Below are positions 1 through 11,973 of a stretch of DNA of 64,000 bases, in pieces. The notes under the pieces were generated by a model. The model was not told where the DNA came from. It ran no database searches and saw only the letters and a list, made by a program, of their open reading frames with translations. The DNA comes from the human T2T-CHM13v2.0 reference genome, Homo sapiens: assembly GCF_009914755.1 (NCBI RefSeq), contig NC_060926.1; one strand, given 5' to 3'. Each line of letters begins with the position of its first letter. The stretch's first letter is position 1. The translations under genes and the position numbers were made by a program.

Positions 1-24
1 AACTCAAGAGGAGTTTCTGTATTT

Positions 25-331
25 ATATTTTTTACTTTTTTGGTTAATTTTTTTGAGACTGAGTCTCGCTCTGTTGCCCAGACTGGGCTGCAGGAGGCTG
101 CTCACTGCAGCCTCCACCTCCTGAGTTCCAGTGATTCTCCTGCCTCAGCTGCTGGGTAGCTGGGATTGCAGGTGTGCGCCACCATGCCTAGCTAATTTTT
201 TTTTGTATTTTCAGTAGAGACGGAGTTTCACCATGTTGGTCAGGCTGGTCTCAAACTCCTGACCTCAAGTGATCCACCCGCCTTGGCTTCCCAAAGTGCT
301 AGGATTAGAGGCGTGAGCTACTGTGCCCCGC
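25..331 (-). mobile_element. AluS element
   Basis: Reverse-complement Alu dimer running from a T-rich tail through gagtctcgctctgttgccca to cccaaagtgctaggattagaggcgtgagc. Confidence 0.93.
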
Positions 332-1327
332 ATTTTTTTTTTTTTTTTTTTTTGTTTTTTTACTATTTCTGTTGTTCTTTCTTCCTGATTTCCAAGATTT
401 CCTTCCTTAATCCTTTTTTTTCTGTTGTAAGAACTTTCCTTAGTCTGTCCTTTAGGGTAGGTCAGCTGACACAAATTCTCTTGACTGTCCTGAAAGCCTG
501 TTTTTGCTGGGTATAGGATTCTGGGCAGCAGTTCTTTTCTTTCAGTACTGGAAACATGCTGGGCTACCTCTGTAGCTACTCCATCTCACCCATGTGTTCT
601 GAGGAGAAATCTGCTTTCATTAGAGTTGGTTATTTCTTAAAGTAAGATGTCATCTCTCTCAATGCTTTCAAGATTTTTAATTTGTCTTTAGTTTTCACAA
701 GTTTGATTATGATATACATGGCATAGCTTCTTTGGGTTTATCCTATTTGGGGTTTGCTTAGCTTATTGAATGTGTAGGTTTTTGTCTTTTGCCAAATTTA
801 TGAAGACTTCAGCTATTATTTCCTTAATACTTTTTTAAGTCACCCCCTTTGTTCTCTCCCTCATGGACTCAGGTGACATAAATGTTACATGTTTTGTCAG
901 AGTCCCCCAGGTCCTGGGGTGATCATTTTTCAGTCTATTTTCTCCCCATTGTTAAGATTTGACAATTTCTATTCTGTCTTCAAGTTCACTGAATCTTTCT
1001 CTGTCCTCTACATTCTACTTTTCCTTACCCATAGAGATTTTTATTTTTATTATTATGTTTTTCAGTTCTAAAATTTCCTTTTGGTTTTTTTTTTAGACAG
1101 TCTATTTTTTTGTTGAGATTTTCTATTTTTTTCATCTCAAATGTGTTCATAATTGCATTTTTATATCATCATTGTAGCATCGTAGCTTTTTCACTGTGGC
1201 TGCTTTAAAATCTTTGTCAGATCATTCCAACATCTGTGTCATGTCAGTGTAGGAATCTTTTGATTACTTGTCCTCATTCAAGTTGAAATTTTCTTGGTTC
1301 TTGGTAAAATGAATGATTTTCACTTGA

Positions 1328-1628
<301 letters not shown>

Positions 1629-2165
1629 GGCGTTTTGGGTTTTATAGATTCTGGATCTTATTTAAATCTGTCTTAGCTGTCTCCTTTGACCTGCACTTGC
1701 AGAGAAGGAGGATGCAGCCTTGTTGCTGTGAGGCAGGGCTGGACCCAGGTTCTCTGTCTGGCCTTTGTGGACACCTGAGTAGGGAAGGATGGCTTGTCAC
1801 TGCTGAAAGGGAGGGAAATGGGTGCCTCTTTACTGCTTCCCAAAGTAGGGGTGGCCTCCTCACTGCTGGGGGTGGTACTAGGCCTCCTCTGACACCACTC
1901 CAGCATGGAAGGGAGGGGTGCCTCATTATTGCCAGGGTGGGGGTAGAAATCCAGGATTCCTACACGGACTCCAGTGACACCATGAGTGGGGATGAGGGGC
2001 TTACTACAGGTGGAGATGAAGTCCCCAGTCCCCCTTGGGCCTTTGCGGGTGGGGGTAGGGTCATAGTTGTTCCTCTTTGGCTAGGGTAGGGCAATTATTG
2101 TCTAGAAGTTTCCTGCCTTGCTAGGCTGCCCCTTTCCTAGTCCTTTAGTTAGAGAGAGCTGGCTC

Positions 2166-2474
2166 TCTTTCTTTTTCTTTTTTTTTTTTTTTAGACGAAG
2201 TCTTGCTCTGTTGCTCAGGCTGGAGTGCAGTGGTGTCATCTTGGCTCACTGCAACCTCTGCCTCCTGGGCCCAAGTGATCCTTCCACTTCAGCCTCCCGA
2301 GTAGCTGGGCCTCCAAGGTGCGTGCCACCACACCCAGCTAATTTTTGTATTTTTAGTAGAGACGGGGTTTCACCATGTTGGTCAGGCTGCTCTCAAGCTC
2401 CTGACCTCAGGTGATCCACCCACCTCAACCTCTCAAAGTGCTGGGATTACAGGCGTGAGCCACTGCTCCCAGCT
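2166..2474 (-). mobile_element. Alu: AluS-type left arm with an AluJ-like tract in the right arm (chimeric)
   Basis: Full dimer; TSD gagagctggct at 2154-2164 and 2475-2485. See the gene-conversion finding. Confidence 0.93.
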
Positions 2475-2744
2475 GAGAGCTGGCTTTTCTTAGGGCTTTG
2501 TTCAACTGTACCTGTTGATGATCCTAGGTCACCAGCTTCTCCAGCACCCAATCCGGAATATATGTGGCTAAAACAAAACCTTGGGAACTCACTGCCACAT
2601 TATTCCTTAAAGTTTGTAACTGGTCAACTTTCTTCTTTCCACCTTCCAGAGTCTTCTTATATTTGGCTTATATATAATGCCCGGGGTTTTCAGTTGTGCT
2701 TTGTGGGAGGAATACGGAGAAATGTGTCTGCCCCATCTCACACA

Positions 2745-2793
2745 GAACTAGAATGCAGCCTGGTTTTGAACTAGAATGCAGCCTGGTTTTGAA
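2745..2793. repeat. Perfect 23-bp tandem duplication
   Basis: gaactagaatgcagcctggtttt at 2745-2767 and 2768-2790. Confidence 0.95.
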
Positions 2794-4029
2794 ACCACTG
2801 CATGAGAGAATTCCTTTGAGGTGGGTGAGAGAACTCAATCAGGTGGCTATTACGCTGGCCCAAATCAGGCAAGGCACCTCCCGTTCCCTGCCCCAGAGGC
2901 AGATGTGGTTCCTGTACTCTCCCAGAGCACAGAGGCCCTCATCAGCCGCTGGGGCTGGGACGCGAGAGGGCTTCTCTCTGCTTACAGGGCTGTGGGCTTC
3001 TCTTTCACACCGGGTCCATCATCTTCAGCTCCCACAGAGCTTCCCTCTTTTGATGGCCCAGGCTGAGATGATCCTTCTCTCTCTTCTGTGCCATCTGCCC
3101 CTGTCTTTGCTATTGCGCCTACCTCACTCTTCACCCGTATGTGCGCCCACAATATGGGGAGACACTCTGAGGTCCTTGTCACAGGGGCCATTTTATTTCC
3201 TTTTACTTCTGCAAGCTCAGCCCAAGGTCTGTTGCTCATGGGCCTGGAGTTGGGCTGGGTGGAGATGGACTGGCCCAGGGATTTGACGGGGTGCAGAAGG
3301 GAGCGGTGCCGCTGGGACTGAGCTTTGGAGGCTTAGGGTTGGGAAGGCTGTGTGCAAGGTCACTGGATTCCCTAGAGTCCTGAAATGATAAAGATCTGTG
3401 GGAGACTTCCTTTGGGGTCAAGGCAGTTAATGCTTTTTTCTTATCTCATCTCAAATCTCAAATTCTAAATGAAGAGAACAGAATTCAGGATTAAAGTAAA
3501 TAAATGAAAGATTATCCCTTGTTTGAACTACCTGGGTGATTTGCGTATTCAACCCTTCTCAGAGGAATTCAGAAGATTATCAGGGAGAAGAAATGAAGAT
3601 TATCCAAACTTGCAGGATACCTTAAAATGAGGTTTGTTAAACAGGCATGTTCATAAATCAGGGGCTGGAGCTGGCATAGGTGTGAGGAGGGAGGGTTAGG
3701 TGAGATGGTTCATTTCATTAGACCATACTGCTGAAGGCAGAAGGCGTGGGGGCAAGGTCTGCCTTTTCCCCACCGAGTCCTTCTGCTGTGTGACCTTGGG
3801 TGATTTCCTGCCCTCTCTGGGCCTTGGTGTTTTCACTGGTCATCTGATGCAGTTGGACTTTTAGCTCAAACCCAATGTCCTGGGAGCCTTAAACTTGACT
3901 CCCCTAAAGTTCTTCAGTAGCTCCCTATGAATACCCAAATCAAGTCCAAACTTTAAAAGGTCTCCTGGGTGTAGCCCATCTACTCCTCTGTCTTTGTCCC
4001 TTCTCTCCCCCTCATTTTGCCAGGTTCTT

Positions 4030-4360
4030 CAGTCACATTAGCGATCCCTAGACTGGGCCATACTCTGCCACACCTCTGGGCCTTGCCCATGCTGTTCTAG
4101 GACTAGAACACCCACCCTAGCTTGCTTGCCACTTTGCTAATTCCTCCTTACAGCTCATGTGAAGGAGCTGTCTCCTCCTCCAGGAAGCCCTCCCTGACCT
4201 TCCCTCCATCTGCTGTGTCTCTCAGTCCTGCCTTTACTGTATGTTGTTGCAATTCATCTTTGCCCTCTGTCCTGGAGGCTCCTTGGGATGGGAAGGGCTG
4301 TGATTTGGTCACCTTTGAATGCTGTCTGCCTGGCACCAGGCCTGGCTGGGAGCAGGAGCT
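4030..4360 (+). mobile_element. L2 3' fragment
   Basis: Typical L2 3' phrases: ccttgcccatgctgtt, tcctccaggaagccctccctgacc, gctccttgggatgggaaggg. Confidence 0.55.
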
Positions 4361-4604
4361 GGTGTTAAAATGAACTGAAGATGAGATTTGGCTGTTGCCT
4401 GTAGTGGGTGAGCTGACCCATTGGGAACAGGAGTCGGGGTGAGGGGGTGGTCAGAAACTTTCTTTTCTGCTTCCCCAGACATCGTCTTAAAAAAATGTCA
4501 ACTTATATAAAATGAATTGGCCTGACCTTGTGTGTCTCTGTTGCCAAAATATTTTGAATAGACCATTATGCATTTTCTAGCTCTTTAAAGGTGGGACTAT
4601 GGTG

Positions 4605-4716
4605 ACAAGTGACCAGCTTGTACTGGTCCGTCTGGGGCTTTCCTGGTTTTTCAAGGTAGGTCCTGTGTCTGGAAATCCCCTCAGTCCTAGACAAACTCTG
4701 ATATTTAGTGGCCCTA
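4605..4716. mobile_element. MER94-like hAT (Blackjack) MITE
   Basis: gtgaccagcttgtactgg...ggctttcctggtt...cccctcagtcctagacaaac...gtggccct resembles the recalled MER94 consensus with degenerate terminal inverted repeats. Confidence 0.5.
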
Positions 4717-5179
4717 TGGTGTGAGGCCTCTTTCCTTCCTCCCCTAGGGTCAAGCTTGCTGTGCGGAGCTGTGGAGTCTGCTGGAAAAACCAGGTATTTG
4801 AAGGTGATGGGGTTACGGCTCGACCCCTGGCTGGTCAGGGGCCCCCGTGGTGGCTGTGCTGGGGCTCTGGGAGAAGGCCAGCAGGCCTTGCTGTCCGGCA
4901 ACCTCCCTCCCTGCTGAAGGGTCAGCTCCTGCCTCCTGCTTTCCAGGGGAGAATGGTACTGGGTACTGACATGGCCAGGTGTGGCCAGATCCCCACCACT
5001 ATTAGCAGGTATTCTTGAGCAACTCCAGGAGCCTCCATTTCCTAATACAGAAAATGGGCAGGAAAATCCTAAATCAAGTTGATGGGAACTTTCAGTGTAA
5101 TCACATAAATAAAGGCACTGGGATGAGGTGGTCCAGCAAGCATTTCTACCTCTAGTGAGGGCCTGGTGAGACCTAGGCA

Positions 5180-5330
5180 CCGTGGCTGTAACCCTCACAA
5201 CAGCCTTACGGGTTGGCACTAATGTGATCTCCATCTGGCAGACGTGAAGACTGAGGCTCGGTGAGGCCGAGTGATCTGCCCAGGGTTACAGATGTGTGGG
5301 AGGCAGAGCTAAGCTATTGTTCCAACCCCA
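5180..5330 (-). mobile_element. MIR fragment
   Basis: cctcacaacagcctt...gaagactgaggctcggtgaggccgagtgatctgcccagggttaca matches the MIR core. Confidence 0.65.
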
Positions 5331-7680
5331 GGCGCACTTTTGTTTGACTGGGCCTGTCCACAGGCTCAGGGTGGTAGCCAAGTGGCTGAGATTATGCAGC
5401 TTTCATATGTGGACTGGGATCAGACTGTTGGTCCAAATTTCTCTTGAACCGGGCCTCCCCATGACTGTGGGACCGTCCCGCCAGTGGAGCTCTGGACCGG
5501 GTGATCCTCTGGCTCAGAGTAGTGGGAACAGCTAACAAAACCAACAGCCCCCATGGGTGCCCATGCTTTGTTAGAGTTGGGAGAAAATGAGGGACCCAGC
5601 AATGTGATTTGGGCAGTGGTTCATTCATTCCCTAATTCATTCTTGCATACATTAATTCATTGCAGCCATGCACTTACCCTTTTAGCCACCTGTGAGCTCA
5701 TAATCTAGGGAAGGGAGGGCCCCACTAGTGAACACACTGGTGTTCAGAGGGAGGGAGGAGCACCTAAGGGGTGCTGCCTGGGGCAGTCAGAGAAGGCTTC
5801 CTGGAGGACGAGGCATTTGAACTACTCCTGGAGACTAAATGTGCCTTCTGGGTGGACAAACCATGGGTGGGTGGCATTCCAGCCTCCAGGCTGGCACATG
5901 CAGAGGCAGTTTGATGCTGCTGGACTGCAGGAAGGTGTGGAGGGAGTAGAGGGGAGGAGGCCACGTGGCTCTGTGGCCTCACAAAGGTGCTCTGTGTAGT
6001 CCTAGAGGCTCTGAGTAGTCACTGAGAGTCCTGATGGGCAGGTACAGCTGGCTGTGTGGGCTAAGAAGGCACAGTGTGGATTACTGGGGGACTGAAACCA
6101 TCCTGTTGAAGGGTAGTGGCTGCTGAGAGCCAAGCAGGGTGGAGTCCCAATCCCTGCAGCACACCTCCATCCACATGGCTGTGCTGTGTTCTCATGGGCT
6201 CCCCAGAAGCCCTCGTGTCCTTGGCACACCCTGGAGTCAGATTGTGGACAGGAGCATGGATGATCAGACAAAGGTGCTGGAATCTTCAGGACCCAGTGAC
6301 TTGACTGACCGATCCCAGTATAGGGTGGAGAAAGGGAGGGGTCTAGGCTGAGGCCCAGGGCTGATGTGGGGCTGGGTGGAGGGGCGAGAGGCGATGCAGG
6401 AGGAGCTGGTGGTGAGAGCTTTCTGGGGTTAGGGGAATGGTGAGGACTTGTTTGGATTTGGAAAGGAAGACATCATGCTCTGCCTTTCCCAGGAGCAAGT
6501 GCCTCTCAGCTGCTCTGACAGCTCCTCAGCCTGCTGTTTTGCACAATATACGATTTCTTTGCATAACAGACAGAATAATCTCATTTTCTCACTGGCTACA
6601 CAGCTTAGCTTTCAATCAATTATCCCCAAATACATTAAAAAAAGGGCTCCATGTCACATCTCTGCCTGCTCAGTGCTCCGTTTCCCTGTCAAGGAATTTG
6701 CAAATCAATTGCTTTAACAATACTTTCCACAAATTACCTTCGAATGCCTGTGATGTCACCCACAGTTAATGCGCTCCTGATAAATAATGCATCAGGAAAT
6801 GGTGAGGGTTTTTTACCCCCGCCCTGGCACACGATAAAGGAGTCTGCCTGTTCTTGGGCCGAGCACCCTGACTTTAGCCTCTGGGGCCTGGCCAGGTGGA
6901 CGGATGGGTGCTGGCGGCAGGACAGCAAGGTAGCTGGCTCTGCTGCACTGCCTGGTTTGCTGTGCAAGACCCTGCCCCTCCCTGTCCCGTAGGGTGGCAC
7001 TGATGCCTGGGGATGGTCACAGATGCATTACAGTGTGGTGAGCCATAGTGGCTTCAATGGAGGAGCTCGGCCTCCGGGGTGTGGGGACGGCAGTGGCTCT
7101 CACTGTGGCGCATGGCCTGATGGGGAGAGAGCACTTTTTGGGAGGCACTGGGAAGCAGAGGGCTTTCCTAAGCTGGCCAAGCTCGCAGGCTGAGGAGCCC
7201 GTGGATCTGCATCCCTGGAATCAGCCTGTCACCATCCCACCTGCAAAGCGACTCTGGAATATCCTCTGCGCTGAGCTGGGCTGGGGACCCTGAAAGCAGG
7301 GCCTAGAAGGGCATGAGGAGTGTGGCCCTGGGGGATAGCTGTGTGTCCTGGGGCTCAGGCAGCACTGAGCTGGCCCTGGCTGAGGTGGTGGGGTGACTGG
7401 AGGGTCCCGGCCTCCATGGTCGGGGAGTTTGCAGTTCCTTCCCCGTCTACTGTGTGCACGTGTGCCTATATGTATGTGTATGCAGGCATGCATGGGCGTG
7501 TATGTGCATGTGTGTAGTCAGCTCATGAGTGAGACTGGGTGGGCAGTGCAGTAGAGACGGGGTCCTGGAAAGCCTGTCCTCTGAGGCTGTGGGCTTCGTG
7601 GCGGGGGGGACTGGGCCTGCAGGGGAGGGAGTGTGTGGGAGGGGGATTCATGGGATGTGATAGGTGTTGTTTTGCCTTTT

Positions 7681-7870
7681 CTTTTTTCTCTTTCTTTTTC
7701 TTTTTTTTTTTTTTTTTTTTGAGACAGAGTCTTGCTCTGTCATCAGGCTGGGGTGCAGTGGCCAGGCTGATCACGTTGGCCAGGCTAGTCTCGATCTCTT
7801 GACCTCGTGATCCACCCGCCTTGGCCTCTCAAAGTGCTGGGATGACAGGCGTGAGCCACCGCGCCCGGCC
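7681..7870 (-). mobile_element. Alu with an internal deletion
   Basis: The end of the right arm is joined directly to the left arm; TSD tgttttgc(c/t)tttt at 7668 and 7871. Confidence 0.9.
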
Positions 7871-8616
7871 TGTTTTGCTTTTTCTATCCCACAGACTGGA
7901 TGTGGGGACAGTATAAGACAATGTTCTGGTGGCTGAATCCCTTAGAAATTTCAGGGTTTTGTTTTATTGCGGGGAAGGAGGTTGGGACCACAGAATTTGC
8001 TTGCGAGAATAAAGTTATTTTTTCCTGCATGATTATTACCACTACTAGTGTCATAATAGCTATAAGTGTGTTTTGATGCAGCAAGCGAAAATCATAGGGA
8101 TTCTAGAAAACCCAAATAAATTGCAGCACGTTTACAGCAGCAACTACAAACAAAGGTCTGGAAGTATCCTGAGCTCCCAGCTGTGAGGAAGTTGGATGGG
8201 GGCGGGGGCGGCCTGCATGGGCCCCACGTGGGAGACACAGGCCCTGTTATACCACATCTAGCCAGGGTCCTGCGTGGCAGGCATGTTGTGTCTAGTTTAA
8301 GCATCCCATGGCATTTCATTCAGGTCTTGGGAACACACACCTTGGGAACAAAGCCAGTCTGTCTGCAGGCTGCAAAAGAGGATGCCTGGCCAGGAAGTTG
8401 GGGAGGATTTGGGGTAGAATGTGAAGGGCGACTCCAGGGCACAGCAGTTCCTGAGGCCTCTGGGAACGGGATATCCATGTGGTGGCTGAGAGAGTGCCCA
8501 GCCTTTCTGGGTGGAGCAGAGGCAGATGGGCAAGCTTCCCTGTCCTACCCTGTTGCGTGGCTTTCCCTGGGCGTGTGTCTTTGTCTTGAGATGATAATTC
8601 CGGAGGATGCAGTTGC

Positions 8617-8684
8617 GTGGGCGGCGGGCAGGGGCCCTGTGGTTAGGGTGGGCGGCGGGCAGGGACCCTGTGGTTAGGGTGGGC
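8617..8684. repeat. 31-bp G-rich tandem duplication (2.2 copies)
   Basis: gtgggcggcgggcaggg(g/a)ccctgtggttagg at 8617-8647 and 8648-8678. Confidence 0.92.
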
Positions 8685-11561
8685 TGTGGGGTGCTGCCCA
8701 CTGTGCTGCAAACACAGGGGACTGATGGCACATGAACAGGGAGAGGTCCTGGGAGGTCCTGATGCTCGTCATGGTCAATGAAAAACTTCCTCCAAATACA
8801 GGCCTGCCAAGCTGCTTTTATTTTATGAATTCATGTTAACACATCACAGAAGTGAGTTTTTGTGGAATGTGCTTTGGGAAATACGCTCATGAGTGAGTCA
8901 GCTGCAAGAAACCATCGAGCTGTCCCTGATTTCCTGTGAGTTCCTTGGGCTGGGTCCTGGTCCTGGACAGTATGGATGGCCAGACACCAGGGAATTGGCT
9001 GGCCTCAGGGCTGACCCAGCCTCCTGGGCTCTTGCACTCAGGTCTCCTAAGGACCAGCAGGGCTAGGGAGCAGATATGTCAGGCCCTTTGTGATTGTGGT
9101 GTCCTGGTCTTTAGGCCTTCGGAGACCCAAGCAAGAGGGAAAGTGGGTAATGGGGGAGAAATAGAACATGGATTGGATGGACTCAGAGCCCATCAGGATT
9201 GTGGGGCCATGGGATTTTAGCCTCACAAAACCTGAATCCACTCTTGCGGTAGGACAGGGTCACTTGGGGGCTCATGGGGAGGAGGTAGGTGCAGTTGGTA
9301 AGTCAGAGGCGCTCTGCCCTGATATAGCCCCTCCCTAACTCCCTAAACCCATGACCAGGCACACGGCCGGCCCTGGGCTTTATTGCTCCTCTGAGACCCA
9401 CATGAGCAGCCCAGGTGGCCACAGGGCTAGGGCAGTGTGAGCTCAAAGGTGAAATATCAGGTAGCAACAGGGCATCTCAAACAGCCAATGAGCTGAAGAA
9501 AGCCGCTAACCTCACCAGTCCTGAGAGGGAGGATGAGGCACTGCTGCCTCACACCCAGCAGGACTAGAGGCCTTGGCATGTCAAACGACAGTGGTGTTGG
9601 CCAAACTGTGGGGAGCAGGCCTCTCTCAAGGGGGTGCTCTTGGTGTAAGAGCAGCCCGGTGTGTTTAGAGACATTTGGACTGGGTGTGGCACAGGCCTCC
9701 ATGGTCCTGCACCTGCTCTGTACTGAGACACTCCACACAGTCCCCAAAGAACTGTGAGGGTGTTCATCCAGCATTCTCTGGATGAGTGGATGAGTGACCC
9801 GTGGCAGTGCCATGGACCCCTACGCAGCAGGGAGGTGACACCTGGGCTTCTGTGAGCAGCTCACATAGGCTGGGGCTGGGTGGCAAGGTCCAGCACGGGA
9901 AAGAAATGCATGGTGCAATACTCTTTAGGTAGATTAAACTACATGGCCTGGAAGGACAGATTCCAGGAAGCCTCCACATTGCAGGAAGTCTATCTGGCGT
10001 GTGGGAGTAGATGCCTCTGAGGGAAAGGGTGGTGGGTGGGGCTGGGGATAAAGGGGAAGAAAAATGGTAAAGACCACAGCAGTGTCTTAGCCTGGGTTCC
10101 CTAGAAACCAGAGCCGGGACAAGGACTGAGTACCAGTGCTTTGTTTAGGAGGACAGGTGGGAAGGATGAATGGGAACCGGGAGGACACAGCGGTCAGGCC
10201 ACAGGTGCACACTGTCAGCCACATGGGACACCTCTCGACCTGCAGTGTGGAGAGTTCCTGCCTTGGATGAGTCCATAGGAGAGAAGAAGGGAGGACGAAG
10301 GTGTCTGTGGGCTCCTCTCCTCTCCCTCCACCACCCATTTGCAAGAGGTCACCCCCATGAGGAGTCCCTTGCCTGCCCTTTTTGGCAGCATTTCACTTCT
10401 GGGTCTGCATGTGGCAGGAGGAGCCAGGGACCCCAGGAGCATGGCTGGTTGGCTACGAGCAATGGAATTGCACAGAGCAGTGGAATCGGGTGAGCTGGTG
10501 GCTGTGGGAGTGAGAGGGAGCGAGAGGTGGAAAGGCAAGAGAGCCTGAGAAGATGCCCAGGAGGGGGCTATGTCGCCTGGTGATGGTGGAGGAGGATGAG
10601 CCCAGCTCATCTTGCCTGAGAAGATGGACATGCATGTGGCTTAGATCCAAGCAGACCTGAGCGTGAGTCCACGAGCAAATTATGCAGCTGCTCTAGCCCC
10701 CTTTTCTCAGATAGAATGGAGACCATGAGCATGTCTGCCTCATGAGGGTTTAGTGATATAAAGTGCCCGTCACATGGTTGGCACTCGGCAAATGTAGCCC
10801 TTTGTGGCTAGTGGGGCAGTGGGCAGGCCTGCTGTGGGGCACCAGCCACTCAGCCACTCTGGGCAGCCAGCAGCCCCAATCTGAACTCAGGACCGTTACA
10901 TTTTCCAGCTTGCCTTGTAATGAGTCTTTTTAACATTGTAATGTAGCCTTGGAATCCTGCAATAAGCTGTCCGCGTCCAGGAGAAAACCTACCTGGAGTA
11001 GTTTTGCTTCCTAATTGAGTGCATCAGTGATTTTTCTCCTTAGGTTTCTGTGTTTTGACATTTGATTACATCCAGCTTCACACTCGGAGCTCTCTGTGTA
11101 CTAAGCACTAATTATTTGATGTATCCTGAAATAGAGAAAACAACATGCCACTTATTGTGTTAATTGGGATTTGTTTTACCCGCAGCAAACTTGTGCACGT
11201 AGGTTTTATTCCATATTTGCTCATTAATGCAGCCAGCCGCTCATCAGACATTTATCAAGGGCTCACTGTGAGCCAGGCGCAGCGTGGCACTCAGGTTCCA
11301 GAAGTGAGATCCGACCCTGCCCCAGGCCCCCGGATCGTGGGGACAGATAGATGGCACACAGTGGGATGAGCAAATGTGTGGACAGACCAAGTGCTGAGGG
11401 CCCTGGGAAGCTGCCGTGCATGGAGGGCCACCTGCGCTGTCACCAGGTAGGGGTGGAATTTATCAGGGTGGCAGAGCAGAGGCTGTTTGGTGGTGTGTCC
11501 TGGCAAGGTGCCCATATTTGGAGTGAAGGGTCCCTGGGGTGAGAGGAGTGGTGGGAGATGA

Positions 11562-11973
<412 letters not shown>

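Noticed and set aside
4566-5234. 222-aa minus-strand ORF
   Set aside because: It begins in a MIR and crosses a MER94-like element; no protein-like features.
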